Shown: piece by piece, positions 16,400-29,687 of the stretch | Numbering within the stretch: position 1 is the stretch's first letter | Layout of the letters: each line of letters begins with the position of its first letter | From: Octopus vulgaris | Lineage: Eukaryota | Length of the DNA: 64,000 bases | Direction of reading: 5' to 3' | Assembly (NCBI GenBank): GCA_951406725.2 | Contig: OX597826.1 | Location: 37,882,001 to 37,946,000 of the forward strand | Notes under the pieces: model-generated | What the model was told of the DNA's origin: nothing | What the model saw: only the letters and a program-made list of their open reading frames with translations | Databases searched by the model: none | Program-made: the position numbers and the translations under genes

Positions 16400-16645
16400 A
16401 GAGCTCTAAGAAGTGGTTTAGCTACGATGATTTGAAGTGAGAAATACATCATGAGATATATAAAGGAAATCGGAATAGAGTGCCCAGTAGAACTGTTACA
16501 AAAGGTTTGCCTTCCAGGCACGGCGAGAATAATCAGAAAAGTATTAGAGAGCTGAAAAAACAGATAGCATGGCAGCAAGCTCGATACGCATGCACGACTT
16601 CAGGAGTTCCAACTGTACTTGAGATAAATAGAAATAATAATGATA
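16400..16645 (+). mobile_element. Second R4/Dong-type LINE 3' end
   Basis: MRYIKEIGIECPVELLQKVCLPGTARIIRKVLES* (16451-16555) matches the LQKxxLxGTARILRKVL C-terminal motif; short UTR ending in AATAATAAT. Confidence 0.75.
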
Positions 16646-16714
16646 ACAGATCATGCTTGAATAACTGGATGTTGTGGTGATTATGGTGATAAGGATGATT
16701 TGCAATAGGAATCG

Positions 16715-16830
16715 GTTTGAAGAGGAAGGGTTAATCGATAACACTGGACCCAGCGCTTGATGCTTAGTTTATTTTAAGGAGCCTGGGATGGTGAAAGGGA
16801 AAGTTGACGTCGAAACGATTTGAACTCAGA
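16715..16830 (-). mobile_element. Diverged SINE family A fragment
   Basis: ggatggtgaaagggaaagttgacgtcgaaacgatttgaactcag. Confidence 0.55.
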
Positions 16831-16841
16831 CAGAATACAAA

Positions 16842-17024
16842 GAAGAAGAAGAAGAAGAAGAAGAAGAAGAAGAAGAAGAAGAAGAAGAAGAAGAAGAAGA
16901 AGAAGAAGAAGAAGAAGAAGAAGAAGAAGAAGAAGAAGAAGAAGAAGAAGAAGAAGAAGAAGAAGAAGAAGAAGAAGAAGAAGAAGAAGAAGAAGAAGAA
17001 GAAGAAGAAGAAGAAGAAGAAGAA
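16842..17024. repeat. Long pure (GAA)n microsatellite, about 60 units
   Basis: Uninterrupted GAA run. Confidence 0.95.
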
Positions 17025-17439
17025 GGCTTCCCGAAATACACAAATCCATAAAAACACTTTGCTAGGGAAAAATTAAGTAAACTACTCAATCTTCCATCAG
17101 AAAAAGTTTTGAGAAATTATAAATAAAAGCAAGAAATATATTTTAATTTTTGAAATAACTTTCTAAGTAAACCTTCATTATCAGAAGCCTGTAATATTAG
17201 GCTAAATCTTTATTCCTTCAAACAACGGACACCTATACTTAGCTCATCATGAACACTTGTATGGCTATACGTCAATGGAAATCATTCAAGTCTCAGGTTC
17301 AAAACTAAAACATGCAATGTATGATGATGTTGCACTCCGTGTAAGGCCTGATTTAGCCAAATATTCTAAACTTAGTAGACTAATAGTTCCGTCAGTGCAA
17401 CGCATATTTTGTTAATCCTTTCCAACATGGTAGATTAGC

Positions 17440-17693
17440 TACACATACATACATACATACATACATACATACACATATACATACATACATACATACACAT
17501 ATACATACACATATACATACATACATACACATATACATACATACATACATACATACACATATACATACATACGTACATACATTCATGTATGCATGCATAC
17601 ATACATATATACATACATACATACATACATACATACATACATGCATACATACATAGATACATACATACATACATACATACATACATACATACA

Positions 17694-17725
<32 letters not shown>
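17440..17725. repeat. (TACA)n microsatellite
   Basis: Direct reading. Confidence 0.9.
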
Positions 17726-18351
17726 AGTGAGATACAAAATGAAATATATAAACATATATATGTATATATGTTTGTATATATATACACACGCACAGACACA
17801 AACACGTCAAATATATATACACGTGTGTGTGTGTACATGTTTGTATATCCACTTCGTGTATTATTGAAGTAATTTCACATGGTTGAAGAATTCTTGTACT
17901 CACGAATTTCATTCGTGGTTCTTCACTCTCCTGATTTTTTCCTATCAACTCGTTTGATCCAAATCTTTAAACCGTATCGTCATTACATATCACTCTAATG
18001 CGTGTCAAGTGAGTCTCTCAATTGCAATCATTTGTAAAGATAAGCAGTTTCCGGTTGGGAAGATTCCTCTAAGATTCTATCAATGAACATGAAAAGACAT
18101 TTCAAAGAATGAAATAATTCTCTCCTCGAATATATTCCGAAAACTCTTAAGCTTTCTCACTCAAGAACACAAATATAGTAAAAGTCCAACAAGAACAAAG
18201 AAAAAGAAATAAAGAGAAGAAAGTAGGTGAGTTGATGTCGTTGCACCGAGATGTTTTCTTTCACCTTTCGTAACTCTGCGGATTCTATCTCAACATTTCA
18301 AATTCGAACTTAAATGCGAAACAACAACAATAAACAACGACAGCAATAAGG

Positions 18352-18570
18352 ATAATTCTTTCTACTATTGGCACAAGCTCTGAAATTTTGTGGAAGGAAG
18401 TATGTCGATTACATTGATCCCAGTGCTCAACTGGTACTTGACTTATCGACTCCGGAAGGATGAAAGGCAAAGTCGACTTCAGTGGAATTTAAACGCAGAA
18501 CGTAAAGACGGATAAAATACCGCTAAACGTTTTTCCCAGTGTGCTAACGATTCTACCAGCTCAAGGCCTT
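18352..18570 (-). mobile_element. tRNA-SINE family A with (ATT) tail
   Basis: Head, core (gaaggatgaaaggcaaagtcgac) and tail (ttctactattggcacaag) all present. Confidence 0.85.
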
Positions 18571-18574
18571 TATG

Positions 18575-18611
<37 letters not shown>

Positions 18612-18615
<4 letters not shown>

Positions 18616-18751
18616 CCTCTGATCCTCTCTACTACAGGCACAAGAAGGGCTGAAATTTGAGGGGGAAGGGCTAGACGATTACATCGATACCAATGTTCAA
18701 CTGGTACTTGTTTCATCGACCTCAAAATGCCGAAAGGTGAAGCTAACTTCC
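18612..18751 (-). mobile_element. 5'-truncated SINE family A with (ATT)n tail
   Basis: tctactacaggcacaag...caactggtacttgtttcatcgacctc, adjoining (TAA)n. Confidence 0.75.
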
Positions 18752-19947
18752 ACTTTACGCACAACGAATGAACCTCGACCTTCAAGAAATAGCAACCAAT
18801 TCTCCCTCAAATTTCACCCGTAGCGTGTTACTAATGACTGGAGACGGGACTGATGATCATGACTGAGCTGGAACTAAATAACAACAGCAATCATATATGT
18901 TTGAAGACAGTGCTCCAGTTTGGCCGCTGTCGAACAATTGCGATCAATATAAGAAATATGACTGATGCCTCTCCTACGCTGAGACTCGACAGAAAAACAA
19001 TTAAAACGTTGTTATAACGTTTACTCCTGCCTCATACGAATCTTCTGCTTTCTTTCATTTATCAATATGGTAATGTTTTTATTTCATACGTATCTCAATA
19101 CGTATGTCATTAACTTGATTTATTTCTCGCATACTTGCAACGATTCTTTCATCAAAATGTGCCACGCTCTTTCATCATCAACCCATGACCTGCGGTGATT
19201 CGAAGTCTTTTCACATCGAACATTTTAAGTAATTACTTACAGTGGTTTCAGAATCACATAAATAGTGGAGTTACTTTTGTCTTAATATCAATAGTCCTTT
19301 TGATATAGACTCAATGAAACAAACAAAATGAGAATGATAAGCTCTAAGGCCTACAGAAAATAAATGTCTATAATAGATTTGCAACAGCTTCCTTCTATGC
19401 TTATCAAGAAACCATAATTATCTTGTTTACTGTGTGTTTATTTAACTAGTAACTGAAATCTACTCGTTAAATATATACATACCATAAATAGCTGAATGAA
19501 TATTAGATTCGTAACTTAAATGATTAAATTTAGATTAAAGTGAGAAAATAATTGAGTGAATAAATCAATCAATCTTGGTTTATAACGACAGAAATTGCAA
19601 CAGATTGAAGCAATTATGTCTTTTGAGCGACTAACAATAGAACTGGGTCCTCAAAGAGAACTATTTGAAACATTTCAGAAAACTAAAAAGGAATGTGACA
19701 AAAGTCTGACACAAATTTTAACTTAATTTTAAAACTGAATTACGTTTTTTGTGGAGCTTAAAAGAAAATATATTTATAAAGATTTAGATTTTGTTCGCAT
19801 TGTGTTTATTCAGTCTCAGTTCTGCTTTAATCCAGGAGATTTATCATCAACGGAGTTCTAGACATTATCACCGGAATATGTGTATATGTAATACCCCATT
19901 GCAGATACAATATAAACTAAATATCCTGCTGAATCTAAATTTAGCTG

Positions 19948-19986
<39 letters not shown>

Positions 19987-19990
19987 GCTG

Positions 19991-20055
<65 letters not shown>

Positions 20056-20197
20056 CATATGCATATATATACACATATATATATGTATGTATGTATACAT
20101 GTATATATATTTATATACATGTGTGTGTCTATGTATGCATAGATATATATAAGTGCGTGCATTTATGACATATATGTATGCACACACATACACGCAT

Positions 20198-20233
<36 letters not shown>

Positions 20234-20439
20234 AGTGATTTTTTAAAATTCAGACAGATATCGATAATGCACTCAGTTTTAAACGAATTTCATTAGCTAA
20301 ACCCTACAATCAGACACCGATAAATGCAAGTAGAATGCACACCTAAGGTAAATCCTCGTGTATGACAAATAGATCCAAATATTATTTAGAAGAATTTCAA
20401 GAAATTCAAAAACATTGACAACAAAAATGCGTATAGAGA

Positions 20440-20660
20440 ATGGAAATCCTAAATTTACTAAAAGATGTTTGATTTCTCTGGGTACATCTGACTTGCACTT
20501 TTTTTTGTTCCTCGCGGCCCGAGCTTTGGTAATTCTGAAATCAATGTCTTTTCTTGATGAACTCATCCAGCTGCCCAAATAAAAAAATTGATTTAGTATT
20601 CCCCCATCCAGTGTCACAAGATTTCCATCTTTCCGGTTTAGTGACATGGACTCTGTCTTG
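20440..20660 (-). mobile_element. RTE-type LINE RT C-terminal fragment
   Basis: VTLDGGILNQFFYLGSWM..DIDFRITKARAA..CKSDVPREIK (YLGS motif). Confidence 0.65.
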
Positions 20661-20971
20661 GTATATAAATGATGGTGATGATGATGCTGTTGATGATGAT
20701 AATGATGATGACGACGACGACGATGGTAGTTTCTTGTGGGTGCCGGAACAGCGGCACAGTGTACCACACGTCGGGTGACGAAGCCATCACAAAGTAACGT
20801 GAGATGGGGTGTTTTGCTCCAGATCACAGCACATTATCCCGTCCAGAAATTGAAACCACTATCTCACCCTCAAACACACACATATAGACACGCACACAAA
20901 TACATCTCTGTGTGTGTTTGTGCGTGTATTTGTATATATATACAGATTATACGTACATAATTATGTATATC

Positions 20972-21522
20972 TATTTCTTTATTGCCCACGGGGGTCTAAA
21001 TATAGAGAAGGAAAACAAGGACAGACAAAGGGATTAACTCGATTACATCGACTCCAGTGCGTAACTGGTACTTAATTTATCGACCCCGAAAGGATGAAAG
21101 GCAAAGTCGACCTCGGTGGAATTTGAACTCAGAACGTAAAGACAAACGAAATACCGCTAAGCATTTCGCCGCGGCGTGCTAACGTTTCTGCCAGCTCACC
21201 GCCTTCGAAAGGATGAAAGGCAAAGTCGACCTCGGCGGAATTTGAACTCAGAACGTAACGGTAGACAAAATACCGCTAATCCTTTCACCCGACGTGCTAA
21301 CGTTTCTTATTTCTTTATTGCCCACAAGGGGCTAAACATAGAGGGGACTAACAAAGACAGACAAAGGGATTAAGTCGATTAGATCGACCCCAGTACGCAA
21401 CTGGTACTTGATTTATCGGCCCCGAAAGGATGAAAGGCAAAGTCGAACTCGGCGGAATTTGAACTCAGAACATAACAGCAGACGAAATACCGCTAAGCAT
21501 TTCCCCCGGCATGCTAATGATT
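20972..21522 (-). mobile_element. Three tandem SINE family A copies, two carrying the Tx1-like AATAAAGAAA tail
   Basis: Copies at 20972-21205, 21206-21306 (tail-less) and 21308-21522; sense tail ..CCCCTTGTGGGCAATAAAGAAATA. Confidence 0.9.
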
Positions 21523-22029
21523 ATGTATATCAATAAGAATAAGTACATACATGAAATGCATAAAATAAAAAGCCAAGCCCTACACTAATATAGAGGAGAG
21601 AGACAAATATAGAGAGAGTAGTGTAAGAGAAGGAGAGTTGGAGGAGTGCGAGGAGAGAAGGAGAGGCAAAGAAGATTTAACAACAAAAAACATTTGAAGT
21701 TGATTTCTCTGTCTTTAAGGAACACAGCTTTAATAGTGTGATTTGATTAAGGTTCATTAAAGTTTCACCTCACTTCTGCTCGGTTTACTGATTGGCTATA
21801 AATAAATGCTTAATAAAGTCAATGGATCTCCGGCAGTGTCAACGGTGTCTGCTTCAGTTGTTCCATCCAGTGAACTTGGATTTCATTGAAATCATTTGTG
21901 ACTAATTGAATGATTCGCTGACACTTGCACTTCTAGTTTTAAAATTCTTATGTGTGCACTTACACACACAAACAGGTACACACACATATATATGTACATG
22001 CATATAAAATACAGTGTACATTTGAACAC

Positions 22030-22490
22030 ATTAAGTGGCTTCCATGATAGGAATCCTTTCTCCTAGAAAGAACAGCTAAAGTCCAAGCCACTAATTAGGG
22101 ATAAATTCCCGAAGGGGATGAAAAATAAAAACATTTTCCATCTCTTTCCTGGACCATGGTTTCTGACATATTTTAGCAATTAAAATAATTTACTAGGTGA
22201 AGTCTTCTTCAGCACGGACGCCAAGATTAAACATATAAACACGAGGCCAATCCAGCATGTGCCTCTTGCTTCTACATTTTAATAATTTTCAAATCCAACG
22301 CGCAAGCGCAGTTTTTTTTTTTTTTTAGTTTTTTGTCAGCAGCAAAAAGATGCCGACAAGTTCTTCGGACGAATCTACCAGAAATCATTATAGATAATTA
22401 TTGATATCAGGGTAATAAAGATTTTTGAAATTTTTACTACCAGCGACCTAGCGTATAGAAAAATTAGTCGATGGACTATATATATTATTC
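22030..22490 (-). mobile_element. Diverged non-coding PLE pLTR-like element, same family as 50309-50999
   Basis: Shared blocks ctagaaaga(a/g)cagc, gcctcgtgt and ctaccagcg..ctag..gaaaa(a)t(t)agtc; contains a hammerhead motif. Confidence 0.7.
22147..22218 (-). ncRNA. Type I hammerhead ribozyme motif with extended stem II
   Basis: TCCGTG-CTGAAGA-AGAC[..TAGTAAATTATTTTAATTGCTA..]GTCA-GAAA-CCATGG-TC-CAGGA. Confidence 0.65.
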
Positions 22491-22505
22491 ATATAAAATA
22501 CAGTG

Positions 22506-22677
22506 TTTAAATGAAGCTTATAAGCGATCATCGTGAACTGACTGAAGAAAAAAGAAGTCTAATATTGGGGTATATAAGCCCTCGACGGAAAAAAATGGAT
22601 TTCCGTATGCGTTTAAAACTCGAACCCACATCTCTGTGTCTTCACGACAAGTGAGTTACCATTACACTAACGTGTAC
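22506..22677 (-). mobile_element. Copy of the tRNA-module element seen at 29716-30352
   Basis: Sense GTTAGTGTAATGGTAAC..GTGGGTTCGAG..TTTTCCGTCGAGGGCTTATATACCCC..GATCGCTTATAAGCTT. Confidence 0.7.
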
Positions 22678-22726
22678 ATGCATACATGCATGCATACATA
22701 CATACATACATACATACATACATACA

Positions 22727-22757
<31 letters not shown>

Positions 22758-23333
22758 GTACATTGTACACAAACCTATACACGCTCACAATGATATGATA
22801 AACATACTTACACCTCTATATAAATACATATAAACAAGTAAGCACACACCTATACACGCATGCATGAACACACACACAAATACAGGCAAGCACAAGCATT
22901 CTCTCACATCAAAATCAAATGTGGAAGTCTTAAAAGAATCAAACAAAATAATGTTCTTCATTCTTATATATTTTGGTAGAATTTAGGGAGTTTTGGGAGT
23001 TGCTCAAATTAAAAATTAGTCCTTTATTTAATCAAGTATTTTTGAAAAACTTTAAAACAATATTCTAAATATTTAACCCTTAATAAATATTCCAACTACC
23101 ATTGTGAGACTATTCCTTGTTTCCTCAACAAAATATTCAAATTTGTTTTTATTTCGTTTGGATATTTTTTTTAATTAACGACTTACAAATTTCTGTCTAG
23201 GTTTTCCTAATCATGCACGCGTTTTTATTAATTTAACTAAATTAATCAACTTTTTGAGATCAAATAAAAGTATTCTTTAACAAAATTGAAGAGAAAGAAT
23301 ATATATATATGTGTGTGTGTGTATGTATATATG

Positions 23334-23369
<36 letters not shown>

Positions 23370-23375
<6 letters not shown>

Positions 23376-23860
23376 AATACCTTTGTTGTAGCGAAGAGAA
23401 TAGAGAGCTCTGCCAACTCAGCACTCACTGAAATGGTGTGATCTCAGAAATCTGCTGTTCCAAGAAATGAGAGATGAGTGGAGCCTGTTGGTGGAAAACT
23501 TCAGTAGGATATTCGCCTACCCGGCATCGCCAAAATCTCTTCTGATGTCTCTAGTAACAACATTGCTTCCACCCGATTTATCCAAGACAAGTGTCTTGGA
23601 GAAATACTGGCACAGTGTATAAGAGAGTAGATGTCCAGTAGACTGGTTCTACGAAAGTCGTGCTGGTGGTCACCACTGAGGAGAGCGAGAGTTTGTAGAC
23701 GTATCCTCCCTAGATCATATACTCACTAAAACTTGAGAATGTACTCTTATGTGCTCACCAAAAATTGATGGGAAAATTTATAATGGACGGATGAAAGAAA
23801 GGATCAACAAAAGAAAGGACCTGTGGAATGATTACAACTGATAACTGATACAGAATTATT
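23370..23860 (+). mobile_element. Possible highly degenerate RTE-like LINE 3' region
   Basis: Weak remnants (LAxxCIRE..SRLVL); GC-richer unique island. Confidence 0.25.
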
Positions 23861-24188
23861 GTTTTTGTTGTTGTACATTTACCGAAAATAGTCTTGACTG
23901 AAAATTGGGGAGACAGTTGTAGAAATGTTGGCAACAGGTTTTCCTTGTTTTGATTGTGTGTGCGTCACGATGATTGGTTTTACGCAGAAGGCTGCCTGAT
24001 CAGTTTAAAACAGCTAATTCTGTCTTACAACTGAAGATAGAAAGGTATGATAGTTAAAAATATCGCTTTATACATACATATATTTGTATATATAATTACA
24101 TATTTACACATACACACACGCATACACATACATATCTGCATACATTTATATACATGTATATACATATATATATATATATTTATATGAA

Positions 24189-24255
<67 letters not shown>

Positions 24256-24833
24256 ATATGTATACATCTGTGTCTGTGTGTGTGTGTGGTAAAGCATGAT
24301 AATTGCATTTACAGTACGTGAATATATTGACGCAAACGTATAGCCACACACAAAGAGAGAGACGAATGAGTTAAAATAGAGTTCATACAAGACCACATGA
24401 CAAGTTAAATATTCAACGATTCCGTCATTGTTTTGCAGGAATTTATTTGTCATATTTTTTTTCTGTTTGTTTGCCATCTGAAAAAGAAAAATGTTTTGCA
24501 AAAGACGTAAATGAGGATCTGTTGACATCACCGTTTTATATTCACTTCAATGCACAAACATACACCGATTTGATCTGTTTATACAAGAAGGTTAGCTCCC
24601 TTACTTCTCGCCTATCCATTTAGAAACTCCTCATCAAATTATGAATGTTACACTGGACGATTCATTGTTGCAGACATTATCCGCATGCATGGCTACCTCG
24701 AATAATTCTTATTACCAATGTCCTTATTGCAGAAAATAGCTACCTTTATATTATCAGCTGTAGGCTTTCGAGAAAAACACCAATTTCTTATGCAGATAAG
24801 TTTTACACCTTTTCACACGTTGTTATTTTTTCC

Positions 24834-24874
<41 letters not shown>

Positions 24875-24897
24875 CATCTATATATGTATTTAAACAT

Positions 24898-24937
<40 letters not shown>

Positions 24938-25314
24938 GCAGAGGCGTAAATATTTTGGTTAGGTATTATAGTTTTTTTTTTTGTATAAGTTTTGAGTGAG
25001 GAAAACAATAGGAGTGGGGTAGTATATAGATAGCATATTCTTAGCTAAAATTCAGAAATGTAGGAAAAAAATAAAAGAAATTGTAGAAACCATTTTGTTG
25101 CCGGGTCAGAGATAAATATATTTATAAGAGGTTACAGAAAAATCATGAACTTGGTTTACAATCCGAAAGGTTTTGATTCATGGATATTGGCAATAAAACA
25201 AGCATCACTTCCGCTCTTTCAATCTCTATCCCCACCTCTCTCTCCCTCTCGCTCTCTCTCTTTCTCCTTACACACACACACATACATACAAAAGCGAACA
25301 TGTACATATAGAAC

Positions 25315-25449
<135 letters not shown>

Positions 25450-26789
25450 GTCTATATATATATATGTGTATGTATGCATAAATATTTATATATATTATTA
25501 GATTCATAAATATATTACAGTTCCTTGGCGGAAGATTAACTACTATTGCTTTTAACTCGCTGTATATACATATATAATCGCGATGCGTATGTGTATACAC
25601 GCAAGACCCAAATACACCCAAGCATACATACATATGCACATACATACATGTATGTATGTTTGTGTGTGTACAAAATATATATATATATATATATATCTGA
25701 ATATCTGTATGCACGTTTCCATTTGTGGCATACAGCTCAACCCCCACTTCATCCTTTAAATAGTGTCACATGTCACATGTAAGAATGATTAGATTATAGC
25801 AAACAAACGTAAAAATAGTTATCAGTGTTTTGGGGAATTATTTACAGACACAAAGGAGAGCGTCGCAGGAAACCCTTTTATGAGGGAGGGGGGAGTGGTA
25901 GATTATCAGTTAATTCATAAAGCGGATCACGTTCCTTTAGGTTTAACCTGTCTTTTATGCTTGAAAGGATTATCTTTGTATATGTTGTTGTTGTTATGTC
26001 AATAGTATTTCTATTATTGTTCTGTTATACAAGTTTGTGTGCGTTCACTCAGTAACAGATCATTGGGGTCAAGACAACAGACTGAAGACAGTTTAAAGTT
26101 AAATCTACGCGAGTAATTACACACCTGTGCAACAAAACTCGTAGGTAAATATATTTAGATTGATACATTGGTCTCGTTCTTTTCCATCACTATTCAGGGA
26201 ACTCCAAAGCAAGAACACATAGTGACAACAACGACTATAAAGACATAACACTCTTTTTACGAAGTTTTCCGAATCTAAAATGTAAGAAGTTAGTTTGAAA
26301 ATTTGGGCATTTACTCGTAACGATGGAAACGTGTTGACCGTTCGGACACATCATTGACCAATAAACAACTTCCATTTCCCCCGTTCCGTTTTAACAATCG
26401 AAAGTATTTGTTTTTTATGCGTTAGCTCCAGGTCAACAACGAACGAACATCCCAGCCATGACAACCCCGTTTTCAGTTTCTCAGACACAGTGTATCTAGG
26501 GTCACATAATCTAATTTCTTTTTAAGCTGTTAAGAGTGATTTAAGGGAGATTCGGATTACTTTTCAAGCATGTTGAGTGGCTACATAAAACCCCTGCATT
26601 TCTTATAATATATACCCATTCCATGGTACAAGACCATCCAGGTGCTTAAATAGTTTTCTTCGACATTCCTATAGAAATTTTCAATTTTGCAAAAGGCATT
26701 TCTAACGTGCTAACAGTTAAAAACTGCCGTGAATCAGTGATGGAAGTGACAGGTCTTTTCGGAGATGTCACATTAACATATCTAATATT

Positions 26790-26950
26790 CTAACTAAATT
26801 CACAGGTTCGAATGGTACCGGTCATTCTTACTAGGTTCAAGTACCACCAGGTATCGAAACTAGGTTCGAATGTCATGAAATATTGGAACTTAATTTCGAG
26901 TCAAATACCAACAAGGAATTGTAACTGAAGTTATGATCAAAAATATCTGA
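26790..26950. repeat. Degenerate ~30-bp tandem repeat
   Basis: ACTAGGTTC(G/A)A(A/G)T recurs at roughly 30-bp spacing. Confidence 0.45.
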
Positions 26951-27520
26951 ATTCTAAAATAAGAAAAAAATTGATAATTCAAGAATTATGAATCTTAGTA
27001 ATGTTATTACTTGTAGCTTGTTTTGTCCCATTTCTTTTGGACCCTACTCTGCAGCTGGGGTGCCACAGGAGTAACTAAACATCTTGTTTATCATAGCTTT
27101 TGTATACCATCTCTCACTCTTTTCAAAAGTAACAAATAATATCTCAAAAGGCTTTAGAGACATTGTCCCAGCGGACAATATGGAAAAGGCGTCACCCCGG
27201 ATGATGGTGAGAGAAATATGCGTTGGAAAATCTATCCACAAAATTCTAAATGTAAATAAACATTTTTAAATAACTTCGAAGTTACAAAGTCCTGTTATAT
27301 AAAATAACAACTAAGTTCCGATAATATAGAACATTCTCATTAATGTCTAATTAAAAACATCACAGTAGCAATTATCATATTAAAATTCTCACGCTCTAAT
27401 CCTAGATTTATGTAAATATATGCAAAATAAATGGGTAAAACAACGTATCATGAATTAATGGGCTCCAAATAGATTTGCCTTCATTTGACTTCAAATAGAA
27501 TTAAGCAGAAGAGCTATGTT

Positions 27521-27576
<56 letters not shown>

Positions 27577-27578
27577 CA

Positions 27579-27645
<67 letters not shown>

Positions 27646-27652
27646 TACTATT

Positions 27653-27694
<42 letters not shown>

Positions 27695-27697
<3 letters not shown>

Positions 27698-27879
27698 GTT
27701 AGCACACCGGGTGAAATGCTTAGCAGTATTTCGTCTGCCGCTACGTTCTGAGCTCAAATTCAGCCGAGGTCGACTTTGCCCTTCATCCTTCTGGAGTCGA
27801 TAAAACAAGTACCAGTTTAACACTGAGGTTAATGTAATCGACTCACCCCACTCACCGAAATTGCTGGTCTTGTGCCAAA

Positions 27880-27880
<1 letters not shown>
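27695..27880 (+). mobile_element. SINE family A with (ATT)n tail
   Basis: ATCGTTAGCACACCGGGTGAAATGCTTAG..GAGGTCGACTTTGCCCTTCATCCTT..CTTGTGCCAAAA followed by (TTA)n. Confidence 0.85.
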
Positions 27881-27948
<68 letters not shown>

Positions 27949-28266
27949 TCTGCCTGATTAATCGGTGTGCATCCAAAGCAATGAATAATTGTGTTCAAGG
28001 CAATGAATACGAAACCGGTATGCTTGAATCTCTTAAACATTTCACAACAATGACTTTTATTACTTTTATTCCTACCTCAGTTCATCTAATTGTATATATC
28101 TTTCATTACTTTTCATAAAAAGCCTTTACTTTTTTGATTTACAATGTGCATTTTCGTTGATTCTTCTTATTTTCCCCCTATGTATACATATATATATATA
28201 TATATATATATATGAAAAAACAAGTCAAAAATAGAAAATGCTAAGATGATTTTATAGTGAATCTTT

Positions 28267-28304
28267 CAGTACCGGTTTCGGTCATTTTGAGACCTTTTCA
28301 ACTG
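28267..28304 (-). ncRNA. Minimal type I hammerhead, U3-A8 core variant
   Basis: CAG-TTGAAAA-GGTC-TCAAAAT-GACC-GAAA-CCGG-TA-CTG. Confidence 0.75.
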
Positions 28305-28853
28305 TAACGATTAAATAATTAAATTTTGAAAAATTTAGAAAAATTAGAAGAAAGGTTTTTTTAAAGGAATACTTCCATAGTAGTGTTCAGATATATGTGG
28401 CATTCTGCCTTTCTCTGACTCCCTTGTTTGCACTTGTGTATTCGAGGTCGTTGTGAGTTCTTGAGGGGGTGGGAGTGGGAAAATCTGGGCTGGTCAGTGG
28501 CGACCGGCAGTCGCTGCGTAGGCGTTATACTTAAATACATTAGTGGGGGTAGAAGGTGGAGAAGTAGAAGCAGAAGAAGAAGATGACGGTGCCGATGATG
28601 ATGACGATGAAGAAGAAGAAGGAGAAGGAGAAGATGACGATGATGATGGTGGTGATGACGATGACGACGATGATGATGATAACGATGATGATGAAGAAGA
28701 AGAAGAAGAAGAGGGAGAAGAAGAAAAAAAACAGAGAAGGGAGAATATGAATGGGTGAAGATATAGCTGTTTTGGGGCGATTAGTAATGGATTCTATGGA
28801 ATGTAATATTTGTGTGTGTATATATATTTCTTTTATTCTTAAGTTGAGCTATA

Positions 28854-29682
28854 TTAATTGTTTGTCGTAGACCCGTTAAGAAGTGGCCTGTATTTTATAA
28901 TAAAGAGATTTTCTTTACTTATTCGTTGTCTCGAGGTTGTATCGTCCCTAAATTGGAAGAGGGGGAAAATTCTGAAGTTTGGTGTTTTTTTGTTGGCGCA
29001 AGTATCTATGTGTTGGCTAAAAGCTATTTTTCTGTTTTGGGGAATTTTTATCTGGGATCTGTGCAGGGCCATTCGTTTACGCAAACCATTTTTTGTTTGG
29101 CCTATGTACTGCTCTTGACACCCGGAGCAGGTTAGTGAGTATATTAGGTTCTCCGAAGCACATGTGAAGTTGCTTTTCACTGTAAACCGTTGTCCCTGTT
29201 TGAAGGAGAACTCAGAACCCTCGATTAGATAGTCGCATATCCCGCAATTGGGTCTTCCACATTTTTTTACTGTCGGCTTCTGTGTTGAAGAGTGAATTCG
29301 GGCTTGTGTTAGAAGACTTTTCATGGATCTAGGCTGTCTTTTGCTTTTTATGATCGTGTGTGTTTGGAGGATTGTGTTCATTCTGTGGTCTTTTTTTAGG
29401 AGGGGTATGTTGTGGAGGATGGTGCCGAAGGCTTCGTTATTGAGAGGGTTGTGTGTGGAGATGTATGGTAAGGCTTTTGGTTGTAAGTTTTTCTTTGATT
29501 TGGGATGTCTCAGTTCCTTGATGTTAAGTTGAAGGGCACGTTGAATGCACTTGTCAATAAGTGAAGGTGGATAGTTCCTGGTGATAAGGGTATCTTTTAG
29601 TTCTTGTAGTCGTGTGTCTCTGGTGTTTGCGTTAGAGACTATAGTGCATATCCTTTTTGCTAGATTGAAGGGGATATTGAAG

Positions 29683-29687
<5 letters not shown>
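28854..29687 (-). CDS. PLE ORF C-terminal part: RT thumb/linker plus GIY-YIG endonuclease (5'-truncated, stop-free)
   Basis: Hand translation extends the 28854..29381 ORF upstream without stops: IPFNLAKRICTIVS..RLQELKDTLITRNYP..LPYISTHNP..CGRPNCGIC..NLIYSLTCSGCQEQYIGQT..RMALHR..ENLFIIKYRPLLN. Confidence 0.85.

Noticed and set aside
24290-24495. Strong minus-strand acceptor TTTTTCTTTTTCAG|ATG followed by an open frame
   Set aside because: The peptide has no recognisable domain, runs into a microsatellite and has no clear donor; an exon cannot be supported
27040-27270. Short ORFs on both strands in a unique island
   Set aside because: No recognisable protein motif or consistent splice-site pair
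28543-28758. Acidic D/E-rich ORF
   Set aside because: Antisense reading of the simple-repeat tract in the PLE 3' region; the same position is a (GAA)n-rich tract in the other copies
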